The translations under genes and the position numbers were made by a program. The notes beneath the pieces are model-generated. The model made no database searches, had not been told where the DNA came from, and saw only the letters and a list, made by a program, of their open reading frames with translations. This document shows, one piece after another, positions 16,717 through 28,758 of a stretch of DNA of 64,000 bases (positions are counted from its first letter, which is position 1; each line of letters starts with the position of its first letter). Origin of the DNA: the human T2T-CHM13v2.0 reference genome, Homo sapiens; NCBI RefSeq assembly GCF_009914755.1, contig NC_060929.1; one strand, written 5' to 3'.

Positions 16717-17075
16717 AGATATGGTTTGGCTATATCCCCACCCAAATCTCATCTTGAATTGTAGCTCCAATAATTCCCATATATTGTAGGAGGGACTTGG
16801 TGGGAGATAATTGAATAATAGGGGCAGTTTCCCACATGTGTTCTCATGGTAGTGAATAAGTCTCACGAGATCTGATGGTTTTATAAGGTAAACCCCTTTT
16901 ACTTGCTTCTCATTCTTTCTTGCCTGCTGCCATGTAAGACATGCTTTTGCCTTCCGCCATGATTGTGAGGCCTCCCCAGGCCTCCCAAACTGTGAGTCCA
17001 TTAAACCTCTTTTTCTTTATAAATTACCCAGTCTCGGGTATGTCTTTATCAGCAGCATGAAAATGGACTAATACA
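16717..17075 (+). mobile_element. THE1B/C MaLR solo LTR
   Basis: GATATGGTTTGGCT...GGACTAATACA termini; perfect 5-bp TSD tctag at 16712-16716 and 17076-17080; ATTAAA at 17000-17005. Confidence 0.94.
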
Positions 17076-17199
17076 TCTAGTCTTTATATGTTACTTAAGG
17101 ATGAAATATGTATTTTACTTCATTTTTTCAAAATAGACACAGCTTTTTGTTTTTTATGCTTATCAGTGCTTATCATAAAATAATTAGAAATTGTAGAAA

Positions 17200-18570
17200 T
17201 AAAGAAAGAAAAAAATAAAGGTCATTCGAGATGGTACTAGCCAGATGACACAGTTTACATTTTAGGATATAATCTTCCCTGCTTTTTCTAAATATGTTGT
17301 TTATTCTTCTCATCAATTACTCATAGAATTTTATACCCTGCTTTTTTCAACTAAATATATATCATGGATCTCTTTTGCTATCAATAGATATCTGCCTTCT
17401 CATAGCTAAGTAATATCCCACTTTATAAGTGTACATGAGTCATTTAGCTGTCCCATTTATGAATACTTGTTCTTTTACTAATTTTTCCTATTAAAAATAA
17501 CACTACAACGTTTAGCCCTGTGTGATTATTGTGTTTGTTGAACAATTTTCTGATATAAAATTCCTAGAAGTGAAATTTTGGTACATAATGTCAAATAACT
17601 CTCTAGAAAAAGTAATCCGATTTTTGACCCTGACCAGAATAGTATAAAATAAAAATCCTCCTCCCCACTCTTCTTGCCTACCTTGGACATTGTCAATTAT
17701 TTCAATTTCTGCTAATTTTGTTGTAATGTGAATTCATTTGATTACTACTGCAAATGAGATTAAAGAGCCTTTCATATGTTAATCAGCCATCTTCACGTCT
17801 TCTTATGTGAACTATTTTTTTCACATACTAGAAATATTAGGTCCTTTATTTTATATATTTTGCAAGCATTTTTCCAGGTGGCAAAGGTCTATGTTGTTAA
17901 GGCCTGGAGAAATTTTTAATTTTTATGCACACCAATCAAACAATGGTTTTCTCTATCTTCCTGCCTCTTTGATGCCATACTCAGAAATGCTCTGCACAGA
18001 TCAAGATTGTAAAAATATTCATCTATATTTTCTTTTTGTTCTTTTTCTTTTTCATATGAAAACATTTAACACTTTTCAAATTGGATTCCTGTAGATGTAA
18101 TTTTTAAAAGCCAAATCGTCAGCAGGTTGCCCAACAAATTTCTCATCTATTCACTATTAAAATGCCATTTGTATCACATATTGAAGTACTATACTTATGT
18201 GGATCTTTTTCTAGCACTTCTACTCTGTTGTGTTAATCTATATATCCATGTAATCTGTAGAGGGGTCATGAAGACTCTCTGCTTCTCTTATGCACAATCC
18301 CTTCTGGTTTTTCTATACAATACCCACACATTTTTTAACTGTTCTATTTTTATATCCTTCCAAATTTTCTATTTTTGTGTGCTTTCTGCTTCTTGCTGAG
18401 GCCCTGCTATGCCCACACTATTTCAATTACAATAGCATTCCATTATGTTTTAATACCAGGAAAGCATTCCTCTCACTATTCTTTTTTTTCTTTCTTTTTT
18501 AATGTTTTTCTCATACATTTCTTCATCCAAGTCAATTTTAGAATCATTTGCACTTTCAAAAAAATATCCA
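17200..18570 (-). mobile_element. Ancient L1ME-like LINE fragments
   Basis: T-rich antisense L1 motifs (TTCCTAGAAGTGAAATT, TTCATATGTT...GCCAT, GTCAATTTTAGAATCA); heavily degraded. Confidence 0.65.
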
Positions 18571-18644
18571 GTGCTGTCTTAAAAAGAAAAAAAGTCACTA
18601 AAGTGAAAATCAGATTGAGCTGTCTGAAAGTAGAGAGAAATTTT

Positions 18645-18770
18645 GACAGAGTAGAAAGAGCCAAAACCTGCACTTGAGGTTTGACTCCCAACTAAAGCTA
18701 TAAATTTGGCAAGCTTTTCAGCTCGTCTGAACCTCAGATCCTCATCTAAAGATGGAATTAATAAAACCTG
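18645..18770 (+). mobile_element. MIR SINE fragment
   Basis: GGCAAGCTTTTCAGCTCGTCTGAACCTCAGATCCTCATCTAAAGATGG. Confidence 0.65.
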
Positions 18771-18772
18771 CG

Positions 18773-19233
18773 GGTAGCAGGCATCTCACATGCTCCTTGG
18801 CCACCCACCATTGGAACCCCATTCCTAAATTTGGAGAATTCTTCACCTAAAACTCTTGCAAGAGGCACCGATAATTCTATAGAAAGCGAATAATGCCGGG
18901 AACTCACTCTTCCACCCTCTTTTGTACTGATGCTCAGTCAAGAGATCTAGGTTCTGGCAATCATAGGCACATGCCCTGGTTGGAATTAGTAGCTGATAAG
19001 ACAAGGAAAAAGGTCCATGAGGAAGAATCTCTAGCCATAAAGGCAGCTTCCACCATGGCTGGAGTCTCAGAGCAGTGGCATCTGTGACATAGGCACACAG
19101 TAAGCAGCTGTGGTGTCCTCCCTGAACCTGGCTCTCCAGCTCTACTGGAGATCCCAGAAGGATGTCAATATCTTCTCCTGCTTAAGCCAGCCAGTGGGTT
19201 CTGTTGTTTCCAGCTATAAACCCTGCCTGATGC
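18773..19233 (+). mobile_element. Ancient ERVL-type LTR (LTR16/33/41 group)
   Basis: 3' end CTGCTTAAGCCAGCCAGTGGGTTCTGTTGTTTCCAGCTATAAACCCTGCCTGATGCA resembles ERVL LTR termini. Confidence 0.55.
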
Positions 19234-19309
19234 AATCCACCCTGAGATAGTGGAGAATGAGATTGCACAATGAAATGAGGAAAAGCATGCGTTCTCAGTA
19301 CACTTCTTC

Positions 19310-19710
19310 CTTCTCACCCTGATCTGTCCACTCATATGTTAATGGACTGCACTAAGGAGCTCCCTTCTGTTCTGGTTTCCAGTTGACTTCAGCCAATAGA
19401 GCGCCTCAGCATGAGATGTGATAGAGGAAGGAGAGCTGGGGAAATGTGTTTCTTCTTATTCCTTCAGCTCTCTCTCTCTCTCTCAAGGGTTGCTGTTCAC
19501 TGACTGCATGGTTCCATAGAGTTAGAATTCCTGAGTCAGCTGTGTCTCTCTGAGTTCCATTTGCCCTTCCGGCTTAGGTGTCATGAATACCATGCCTAGC
19601 CTCTTCTGGTTTTTCTTCTATGTGATACTCACACATTTTAAATTGTTCTATTTTTATATCCTTCCCAAATTTGCTATTTTTCCTCTGCTTTCTGTTTCAA
19701 TCTGGGGCCC
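19310..19710 (+). mobile_element. LTR33-like ERVL LTR
   Basis: GGACTGCACTAAGGAGCTCCCTTCTGTTCTGGTTTCCAGTTGACTTCAGCCAATAGAG matches the LTR33 core. Confidence 0.65.
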
Positions 19711-21144
19711 CAATATGCAAGCAAAAGCTCCTAGTACAGTACCTGGCTTACAAGAGAACTCCAGAAAATTTCCATGAATAAAGATACAAAATGTATTTCT
19801 TTTCTCCTATTCCGTGGATGTGGTAATGCAAGAGAGCCAAGAATTAGATAAGAATTAATTGTATTTGTATCTGCAGCCCTCTGGTACTTTCAAACAAAGG
19901 TTACTGGAATTTTCTACCTCCTGAGTCTCAGACTAGAAAATCAAAAGCAGGTCCCTCAAATAGAAATTTTCCCAGTTTAGCATTCCCAGTAGACCCTCAT
20001 GCCAAAGTTTCTGGAATCTTTGCTAGGGTATGCATTTAGGCATTCCTAAATGTCAGAGTGCACACATGTGCATAGGAATGTCACCAGCACCACCTTCACC
20101 ACAACCACCTGTTCCCTGCTCTACTCACCTCTCAAATCTAATGGGCATCTATCATAACCATCAAACCCCCCCCCCTTCCTGCCCCCATTCCCATTCCACT
20201 CACCAGTACTCAAGTGTAGCTTTGGATGGATTACAGCAATCTATCAAACCGACTCTGTGGAGCAGTAAAACTTCCCTTCAAACGCTCTTTCTGTATTTAT
20301 ATAATAAATGATCATAGATGCTCCTTGACTGTCCAGTTTTTTGTATCAATATATGAGTGTGAAGTGCAATTAGCCACTGAAATAAAATTGGTAACGAATG
20401 CTAATTACTTCATTCTATGGGTTTTGGGGTAATGTATTCCAAGGCTTTTCTCATTACTTTGAGAAATTGAGAGGCGGCTCTATAGTGATCTACAGAAATT
20501 CTGAAATGTACTTAAAGCATCAGACATTAGCTGAAGCTCCGTATAATTGGATCTGTTCTGCACCCCTTGCATATAAGTTTTCTTGATGCAGAGCCCTGAG
20601 TGCATAAAGAAAAGAGAACGTGGAAAGAAGAGCAGCTTCAATCTGCTTTGCTGTCATTTGGATCTTTTGAGTTCTGAATTCTTTTGGCAGCTCTAATATA
20701 ACAGAAGAGCTTTTCCTTCGGTGACTATAAAATCCCAATTTGGAATGTTTTTCTCACAGACTTATGTGAACGTTGCCAATGGCTACTTTTCACAAAATTA
20801 ATTCTCACCCTCAATAATGATTTACAAAAGTTTACTGAAGTACTGATAGTAAATATTAGGAACTGTAAAACAGATATCTTTGCCACCGAAGAAAAGTGCT
20901 TTCTCTATGTACACAAATGTTCAGGAATAAAACACAGTTTCAGTAGATGTTGAAATAAATTTTGAGAAACAAAAAACATCACTTCTTATAATTTATTATA
21001 CTCTGCGTTATTATCAGTAATTCCTGTCACAACAAGAGTAAAATGAAATCACTCTATAGGGACAGAAAATTCCTGACATAAGGAGGATGCTGGTTGTGGG
21101 AAATACACAGAAAACAGAAAAGCTTTTTCTATCAGGCATGTTCT

Positions 21145-21290
21145 ACACCTGAAGTAAAGCTAGATTCTGGTCCCCCCGCTCTGCCACTAATAGACCTCTG
21201 GAAAAGTCACCTGACTTCCCTTAATCGCTCTTATCTGAATAATGACTGAGTTAGCCTAAATTATTTCAAAGAGCCCTCCCAGTACCAATC
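21145..21290 (+). mobile_element. MIR/MIR3 fragment
   Basis: TTCTGGTCCCCCGCTCTGCCACTAATAGACCTCTGGAAAAGTCACCTGACTTCCC. Confidence 0.65.
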
Positions 21291-24234
21291 GTTGTTTGTT
21301 TTATAATTTCCTAAATATCCAGTAAATTTTGTCAATGGGGAATCAAACTAGATCAAATTTAACCTCTCCTATTCTTTAGCAGTCAGGATTTTAAAAACTC
21401 ACTTTATTTGAAGGTTTGCTTCAACAATAACGATTACATTTGAAAGTAGTAATCAGAAATCAAAGTTTCCATCACATAATGCATGTTTTGCTTTCGTGCC
21501 AAGATATCTGTCATAGCACTGGTAAGGAGACACTTCTTAATAGGTAGCACCTCCCCTAGTGATGTGCAGTGTCCAGCAGGAATGGTCTGAAAAAAATGCC
21601 CACTTTTCCTTAAATCCTATTCTGGTCACAAAATATTAAAGACAGATTCTTGCCATCTTCCTTTGGGGCTGCAAACTTTGTGTGGATCTTCACTGGTCCT
21701 CCTGAGACAGGAGGCATGACGCTGTTGCCCTCACCAGGGTCTCACCTCTCATTATTTGGCTCTGAATTGCCCCAGGCTGTAGATGAGAGTATGGAGATTG
21801 CAATGTGTGCCCCATCTGCAGCCTGGGACACTGGCACAACTAGCCACTTGCTCTGGTCTTCAGGATTGCTGGACGATGAATAGCACTATGTGGAGTCATA
21901 TTCTGTTTCATTCTAGTCCATTATTTCAGATGAGCTCAGGAGCAAGTGGATTGAATACATGAAGGTCAGCCAGCATCATGGCAGGGTGAGAGAGATGAGA
22001 GAGCTGAACTTCCAGCTCCCAGCACTAGTTAATGGAAATAATAGAACCAGAAGGGATTGGTAACAGTTTGCAATGAATGACCTCCCTCTACAAACTAATA
22101 TATACATGTTTCCATTTCTTTCATTTTAACTACTACTATTAATAGGATACTTTGCATGAATCCCTCAATCCATTAATCTGCTTTTTTTAGAACCAAAACA
22201 TGCATAGGAGAAGGTTAATCTGTCTTCTCTCTCTCTCCTTTCTCTCCCTGAAAACAGAAAACAGCACCAGCAAGAGCAGCAGTAGAAAGACAAGGGAAAT
22301 CTGGCCCAGAATAAATTGGTTGTGCTGAAACATTTGTAATTAAGCATGATAACCAATTACGGAAATACCTGGGGTAGTTCAGTGATTCTCTCTCCCACAT
22401 CAGAGGTCTCCTAATCAATTTGAAATAACCAAACACTATAGAAAATAAGCAAGATCACAGCGTTTGCAAATGAGTCTCAAAAACGGATTTCACTGCATGA
22501 AAATGTTCATTGTCAGGAGAAAGACTGTTTTCACAATCTTGCAGGTCATTTGCATTTGCATTTGATTGGAGAAAAGTCCTTTGTTCTTTTCTCTCTTCTC
22601 ATATCCTTTACAACACTACTGATTTTTTTCTTCTGGTGATTTAGTATTTTTGTATCAGTGTGTTGTACCAAGCCCTAAAAATACACCAAAATAAAACCTT
22701 TTGTGCTGAAGTAGCTAGTATCCACTTCAATTATTACTTAATTTCACTGCATTGAATGGGTTTCCTGGAATTTAAATTAGCAGATTTATGACATTGTGAG
22801 AGGTTGTTGGACAGAAGTTGCAGTTGTAGAAGTCTGAAGGCATGGTGAAAGCCACATAGTGTATCATGGACAATACCATTCAAATATTTCTTCACTGCAA
22901 AGCCCCAGCAACCCTCTCCTCAGATATTTGAACTATCATGGGCAAGCATTTTGAGGGCTTCCAAATCAAAAAAAAAAAAAGGATAGACCATTCAAAATCT
23001 GTGATGGTGCATCACAAGCCTGATACATTTCTGCCATTTCCACAGAAAAGAAACATGGAAAGAAGGGTCAGGGAGTTGGAAGAGGAGAGAACATGACATG
23101 CGATACTTCCACTTTCTTAAAGGCAACATTACATAAGACATCTGCAGCGCTGTGCTGGTCAACGCTAGATTGGGTGAGTCTCTTAGTAAATTTCATCTAT
23201 CAGTCTCTTAATAAAGCCATAATTTATTCAAAAATCTCTCTCAAGTTCTTTTTTTAAATATTCCTCCCAAAATCATATTTTAGGGGAATCTGTGTCTCTT
23301 CTGTCTCTCATCTTTCTCGTCCATCCTATCCTATTCCACTACTGTACACCCTATGATCCCTGTCTTCTCTCCCCCTATTCCCTGTTCCCTCACTTTTCTC
23401 TTCTCTTAGCTGTTCTAGCTCTCTATGTATATTTGCAAAGCCTGCATGACTGAAAGTGTGTTATCACTTCCTGTCTTCCTCAGGACTTAGACAGCATGAC
23501 CTCTGAAGTGTGCATAGCTCGGCCATATTCACAGTGATCCTAGCCATGCCCTCTTCCTGTCGCCTCTGTTAACAGAAAATCATCACGCCCACAACTTAAT
23601 GTTCCACTCAGAGAGGTGCCCAGTTTGTGCTAGCTAATTTAATCCTTCACGTTTTTAAAAATTTTTAAATAGAAGACATTTTTATTCTGAATTATTCTCA
23701 CAACTCTTGCTTATCTTTTTAAAGTTGACAAAGTAATCACACTTTTCAAGTTAGTTAGGAAACTATTTATCCGACCCAGTACAAGAAAAAATGATCTAAT
23801 TTCATTCTTGGCAAATACAAGAGTCCTATGTCTTTCTAAAAACGTTCTGCAAAATTCTTGGGTCCAATCCTTGAAATAGTTTTGGTTTCTGTACTTACCT
23901 TTCTTCCTTTGCGTCCTCAAGATTTCTTTCTTTCATCCTTACTACCCTGCTAATACACACCTGCCCTCTCACACACTCACAAGCAAGGGGAACCAACAGG
24001 ATATTAACAAGTAAATATAAAAATATGTACCATTGCTTGCCACGTTTTTTCTTCAGCTGTGCTCAGTGCTGCTTTATTTGCATCTTTCAAGTATCAGCTC
24101 AATTGTCTCTTCCACAGAACCTTGCCTGAGCACACTGAGTGGGGTTAACCTCCTGCTTCCATCCTGCCACTGTCACTTTCCATCATATATTTTTAGTGGC
24201 TCTTATCAGTATACAAAATTATCCCGCTTATCTA

Positions 24235-24348
24235 TTTGTGTGCATCTGTATTTATATATAAACATCTGTATATGTGCATATATGTGTGCATATACACATT
24301 TGCTTATGTGTATATATGTGGGTGCATATACACATATATATGTGTGTG
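24235..24348. repeat. (TA/TG) degenerate simple repeat
   Basis: TATATGTGTGCATATA-type units. Confidence 0.8.
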
Positions 24349-24759
24349 GCATTCCTAGAAACTAGTCCCCAAGTTTATTGTGAATCCCTTCAGAGACAGG
24401 AAACTTAAAAGCAGCCAGACACTATGCCTTTGAACCAGCTAGCCCACACCAGAGTCCTGCAGCCATGACAACCTGTTGCACTTTCCATTTCCATCTTGAA
24501 GGCTTTAGTCTCATATTGTCTTAATAATCATTCTACTTAACACTCATACACTCCTACACTCCTCTAGACTCTTGCAGAGCCTGTCTTTGATCTCACAAAT
24601 GTCGTTTGGACCTGATACTCAGTACTGCTTCTGTGATGCTGAAATCAGCCCTCTTCCTCCACTGCAATCTCTGGTAACTCTTACTAGATACTACAGGAGA
24701 AACCTCCGCCCAGTGGATATCAGGCCTTCTCTCCTACCCCATCACTGTCTTATGCAGCC

Positions 24760-25620
24760 TTTTTTAAAGAAAAGTTTTAAGTTTAGAGAAAAATTGAGTA
24801 GCAAGTACAGGGAGTTCCCATATCCCTCCCTCACCCCCAGTTCCCACACAGTTTCCCCTCTTATTAACATCTTGCATTAGTACGGCATATTTTTTACTGT
24901 CAGTGAACCAGCATTGACACCTCATTATCTGCCAAGTCCACAGTTTAAATTAGGGTTCACTTTTGATGTTGTACATTCTATGGTTGTGTGTAAATGCATA
25001 ATGACATGCATCCACCATTAGAGTATAATGCACATTCGTTTCACTGCCCTAAAAATCCCTTCTGCTTCACCTGTTCATCCTTTCCTCCCTCCCCCTGAAT
25101 CTCCGCCAACCACAGATCTTTTTACTGTCACTATAGTTTTGCCTTCCCAAAATGTCCAATGGTTGGAATTACACAGTAGGTAGCCTTTTTCAAATTTATT
25201 TCTTTCATTGAGCAATATGCATTTAAGTTTCCTCCATGTCTTTTTATAGCTTGATAACTGATTTCTATTTATCACTGAATAATATGCCATAGTTTGGATG
25301 TACCACAGTTTGTTCATCCAGTCACCTATTGAAGGACAACTGTAAACATTCTAGTGCAGGTATCTAGTTCAGGTGGACCTAAATTTTCAACTCCTTTGGG
25401 TAAATATCAAAGAGCACGGTTGCTGGATCATAGAGTAAAAACATCTTTAGTTTTGTAAGAAACCACCAAACTGTCTTCCAAAGTGGCTGTACCATTTTGC
25501 ATTCCCAGCAGCAATGAGTGTTCCTGTTTCTCCACATCCTTGCCAACATGTGGTGTTGTCAGTGTTTTGGATTGTAGCCATTCTAATAGGTGGATAGTGG
25601 CATCTCATTGTCAGTTTCAT
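24760..25620 (-). mobile_element. L1MC1/L1MB-type 3' end
   Basis: AAGTTTAGAGAAAAATTGAGTAGCAAGTACAGGGAGTTCCCATATCCC 3' UTR start, then GAAACCACCAAACTGTCTTCCAAAGTGGCTGTACCATTTTGCATTCCCAGCAGCAATG of ORF2/3' UTR in antisense. Confidence 0.88.
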
Positions 25621-25949
25621 GTGGGCTTTTTCTTAATGGAGTTTTCCTCTTTTAAAAAGAAACTGGACAACTCAGTGTTTTCATGGGCAAGCTATGGCCT
25701 AATCGGGAGCTGACTATTAAAAGTTTTTCCCTTAGAGTTAGCCAAAGTTTTTTTCCCTATAACTTCTAGATACTAATGCTAGTCAAACCTTTGAGACCAT
25801 GAAGCTCCAGACAAATATCTTTTCCTCATGATGCTACTTCCACTATTTTTTTAAACTCTATATTCTCTGAGTTTTCTCTTATCATAGAAAAGTACTCATT
25901 TAACAGCATAGATTTAATAACTTTTGACATTATCTAACTACATTCCAAT

Positions 25950-26420
25950 TTGTCTATATATCCTGAAAATGTGGAACCCATAATTGTCCACAAACCATAC
26001 ATAAATTGTACATAAATAGATGGAGTCTGACCAATACCAGAGGGGAGATCTTCAACTTCCTCCTTCTGTTCTCCAAATAAGTCTAAGATTTCATTGACAT
26101 ATGGCTACCCTATTACAGATGACCTTTTCTGAGAATCTGCTACATTCAGTTGCTAAGCAGGAAGGTTTTTTGCTTTTAAGGTAGGACTTTACCTGTATCC
26201 CTATTAAATTTCATCTTGTTAGAGGAAGCTTGTCAAAATGTTTTCAGATTCTGATTCTGTCATCTAATATATTTGCTATCCATTCCAGCCTCAGGTCATT
26301 TGCAAATCTGATAAGCATACATTCTATGTATTCAAACACATCATTGATACATGAGTGTAACAAGATGTGGCTAAAAGCAGAGCTCAGCAGTCCACTATTA
26401 GAATCACCTTCAGGCTGGCA
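25950..26420 (-). mobile_element. L3/CR1 LINE fragment
   Basis: GGACTTTACCTGTATCCCTATTAAATTTCATCTTGTTAG and GTCATTTGCAAATCTGATAAGCAT match the antisense L3 RT region. Confidence 0.7.
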
Positions 26421-28458
26421 TCTCCCTGTTAATCAGCATCCATTGAGCAACTCTGTACAAGACGCCACGCTAGGCACTGCAAGGGATGTAAAGTGGCCCA
26501 GTTTACTCCTTCCTAATAGGGATGTTTTAAAGGATTCTTAGCAAAGAGAAGACATGATGAAAGAAGTGTTTCTGGAAGATAAGCCTGAGTGGTTGTCCAC
26601 TAGGAATTGAAGTACTAGAAATAGGAACTTCATACACTCTTACAATATTACAAATGGGAGAAAGAAAAGTCTGGATGACAATCTTTATTCGAGAAGACAA
26701 GTTATTGTTCACTCATGAGCTCAAAGCAATTTGTCGACCACCTTTCTATAAAAATGAAGCAACCCCACTAAATTTTCAGATGAGAGTAGGATTTACTTTT
26801 ATTCATGTCAGAAAGCAACGGATAATGTGTGCACCCTCTGTGCCAAGTACTGGGCTAAATGATGGGTAAACCAAGATACAAATATAACTTTCTTCTTACC
26901 TTCTCAACTCACTCAAGAGCCAGATGCATACACAGTATATATATACAATCAACCATAATATATGTGCTATATTATTATATGATAATAATGTACCAGCAGT
27001 CAAGGAATACTTCCCCCAAAAAATGACCATTGAATCAGAAACCAGGAGAGTAAGATGTTGCTTAATGAAATTCAGATCTTTCATGAGGTGGGATATTGCA
27101 ATCAAGCATGATTCAATAGATCTATGACATCTGTACGCTGCCTCAAATTCCAGAGAGTAAAAAACTCAAGCAGACATGCTGATCAAGTTGTTTCCCCATT
27201 AAGTATAAGGATTTCTTGTCCTTAAAGTTAACCAATGCTTAAAAACTTCAAGGTCTTTTAGACAGAAACAATTTCACTCACAAAAAAATAAAACCATGAA
27301 TTACTAGCATTCTTAGGAGGAATTAAACATGAGAATGATAAATGTTTGGCTAAAAATAGGAACCTACATGGAAATGAAGGAGCACTCCCTTTTTCTGTGT
27401 TATGTGTCCTTCTTGGAATCTTGTCTTTTCAATGCCTTGCCCTAGGCTAATTTGTCTGGAGCAAAGTTCACTTAGGGTATGCACAAAAGAACAAAGGATG
27501 TGATCACCAAGCAGGAAGCTTCTGAATACATTCCCTCTGTCTATAGAGTCCAAAGGCTCTGGTATGTCTGTCAAAGCAAGTTGTAACTTTCACTTCCTGG
27601 GGTGTGCGTTCAGAAGAAATAAGAAGAAAAACAAGAGAAGGTGAACCTTACAGCCCAGCAGTAAACTAGTAACTCAGAATTGCAAGCTAGCAAATAATGC
27701 ATGCCACTGAATCACCAAGGATTCAGAGACAAGCTCGTTATTGCCCTCACCATTCATAGACCGTTCACTGCTTATCCGCGACTCCTCTCTTCTCATGTTG
27801 CCTTTATAAAAGTGCTTAGCAGAGCTTCTCCAAATATAAGCACATCATCAGTCCTTAAGTCAGAGTACCAGAGCGCTTTTCCCACTGTTACCCGAACTAG
27901 CCCAGGATATTTGAACAAAGCTTGAGGAAACCTGTCCTAACTTTTTTTAAGCATTTGGCTCTTTTTCTTTAGTTTTGCAAAGTTGTCATTCATCCCAGGC
28001 AGGCACTTAGAAATTCAGTCTGATGTTTCTAATTTTAATGAACTAATTTGATAAGCATCATTAAGACCAAAAAAAAAATTAATACCACCCAATCAAATAA
28101 TTCTATAGATAGCTATTAAATGTCAAAACATTACTAAATAGTTTAATGCAATGCAGGAAAAAAACACAAGAAACATACATTAATCTCCTAGACTCCTATT
28201 GGATTTTTTCTGAAGTAATACACAATTATAGAATCTTCGAAGAAATGTGTAATATCTATCCCCAATTCTATTGTTTCCTCTACACATAACTAATCAATAA
28301 TAATTTCCTTTTAACCGGATTCTGTCTTTTACACAACTCACAGTTAATTTGAATAGTGTTTTCCTAGTCCATCTTTCCCCATTGAGCTCTAGTCAAGAAA
28401 CATTTTTTGAGAACCTTCTACAGTGCCAGATATTCTCTTATGTCTTAAGAATACCAAG

Positions 28459-28758
28459 AAAAATTATCCTCAGCAAACTAATGCAGGAGCAGAAAACCAA
28501 ACACCACGTGCTCTCACTTATAAGTGGGAGCTGAACGATGAGAATACATGGACACAGGGAGGGGAACAACACACACTGGGGCCTGTTGGGGGATCGAGTT
28601 GGGGCAGGGAGAACATCAGGATAAATAGTTAATGGATGCTGGGCTTAATACCTAGGTAATGGGTTGATCTGTGCGGCAAACCACCATGACATACGTTTAC
28701 CCATGTAACAAACCCGCACATCCTGCACATGTACCCCAAGAACTAAAAATAAAAATAA
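28459..28758 (+). mobile_element. 5'-truncated L1PA (about PA10-13) 3' end
   Basis: ATCCTCAGCAAACTAATGCAGGAGCAGAAAACCAAACACC...CACATGTACCCC plus A tail; 12-bp TSD aagaataccaag at 28447-28458 and 28759-28770. Confidence 0.93.

Noticed and set aside
16579-17001. Longest ORF in the window (140 aa, minus strand)
   Set aside because: Made of THE1 LTR plus the (TG)n microsatellite (VCVCVC)
20592-20720. Possible exon (TGCAG| ... TCG|GTGACT)
   Set aside because: Donor is weak and the pyrimidine tract is short
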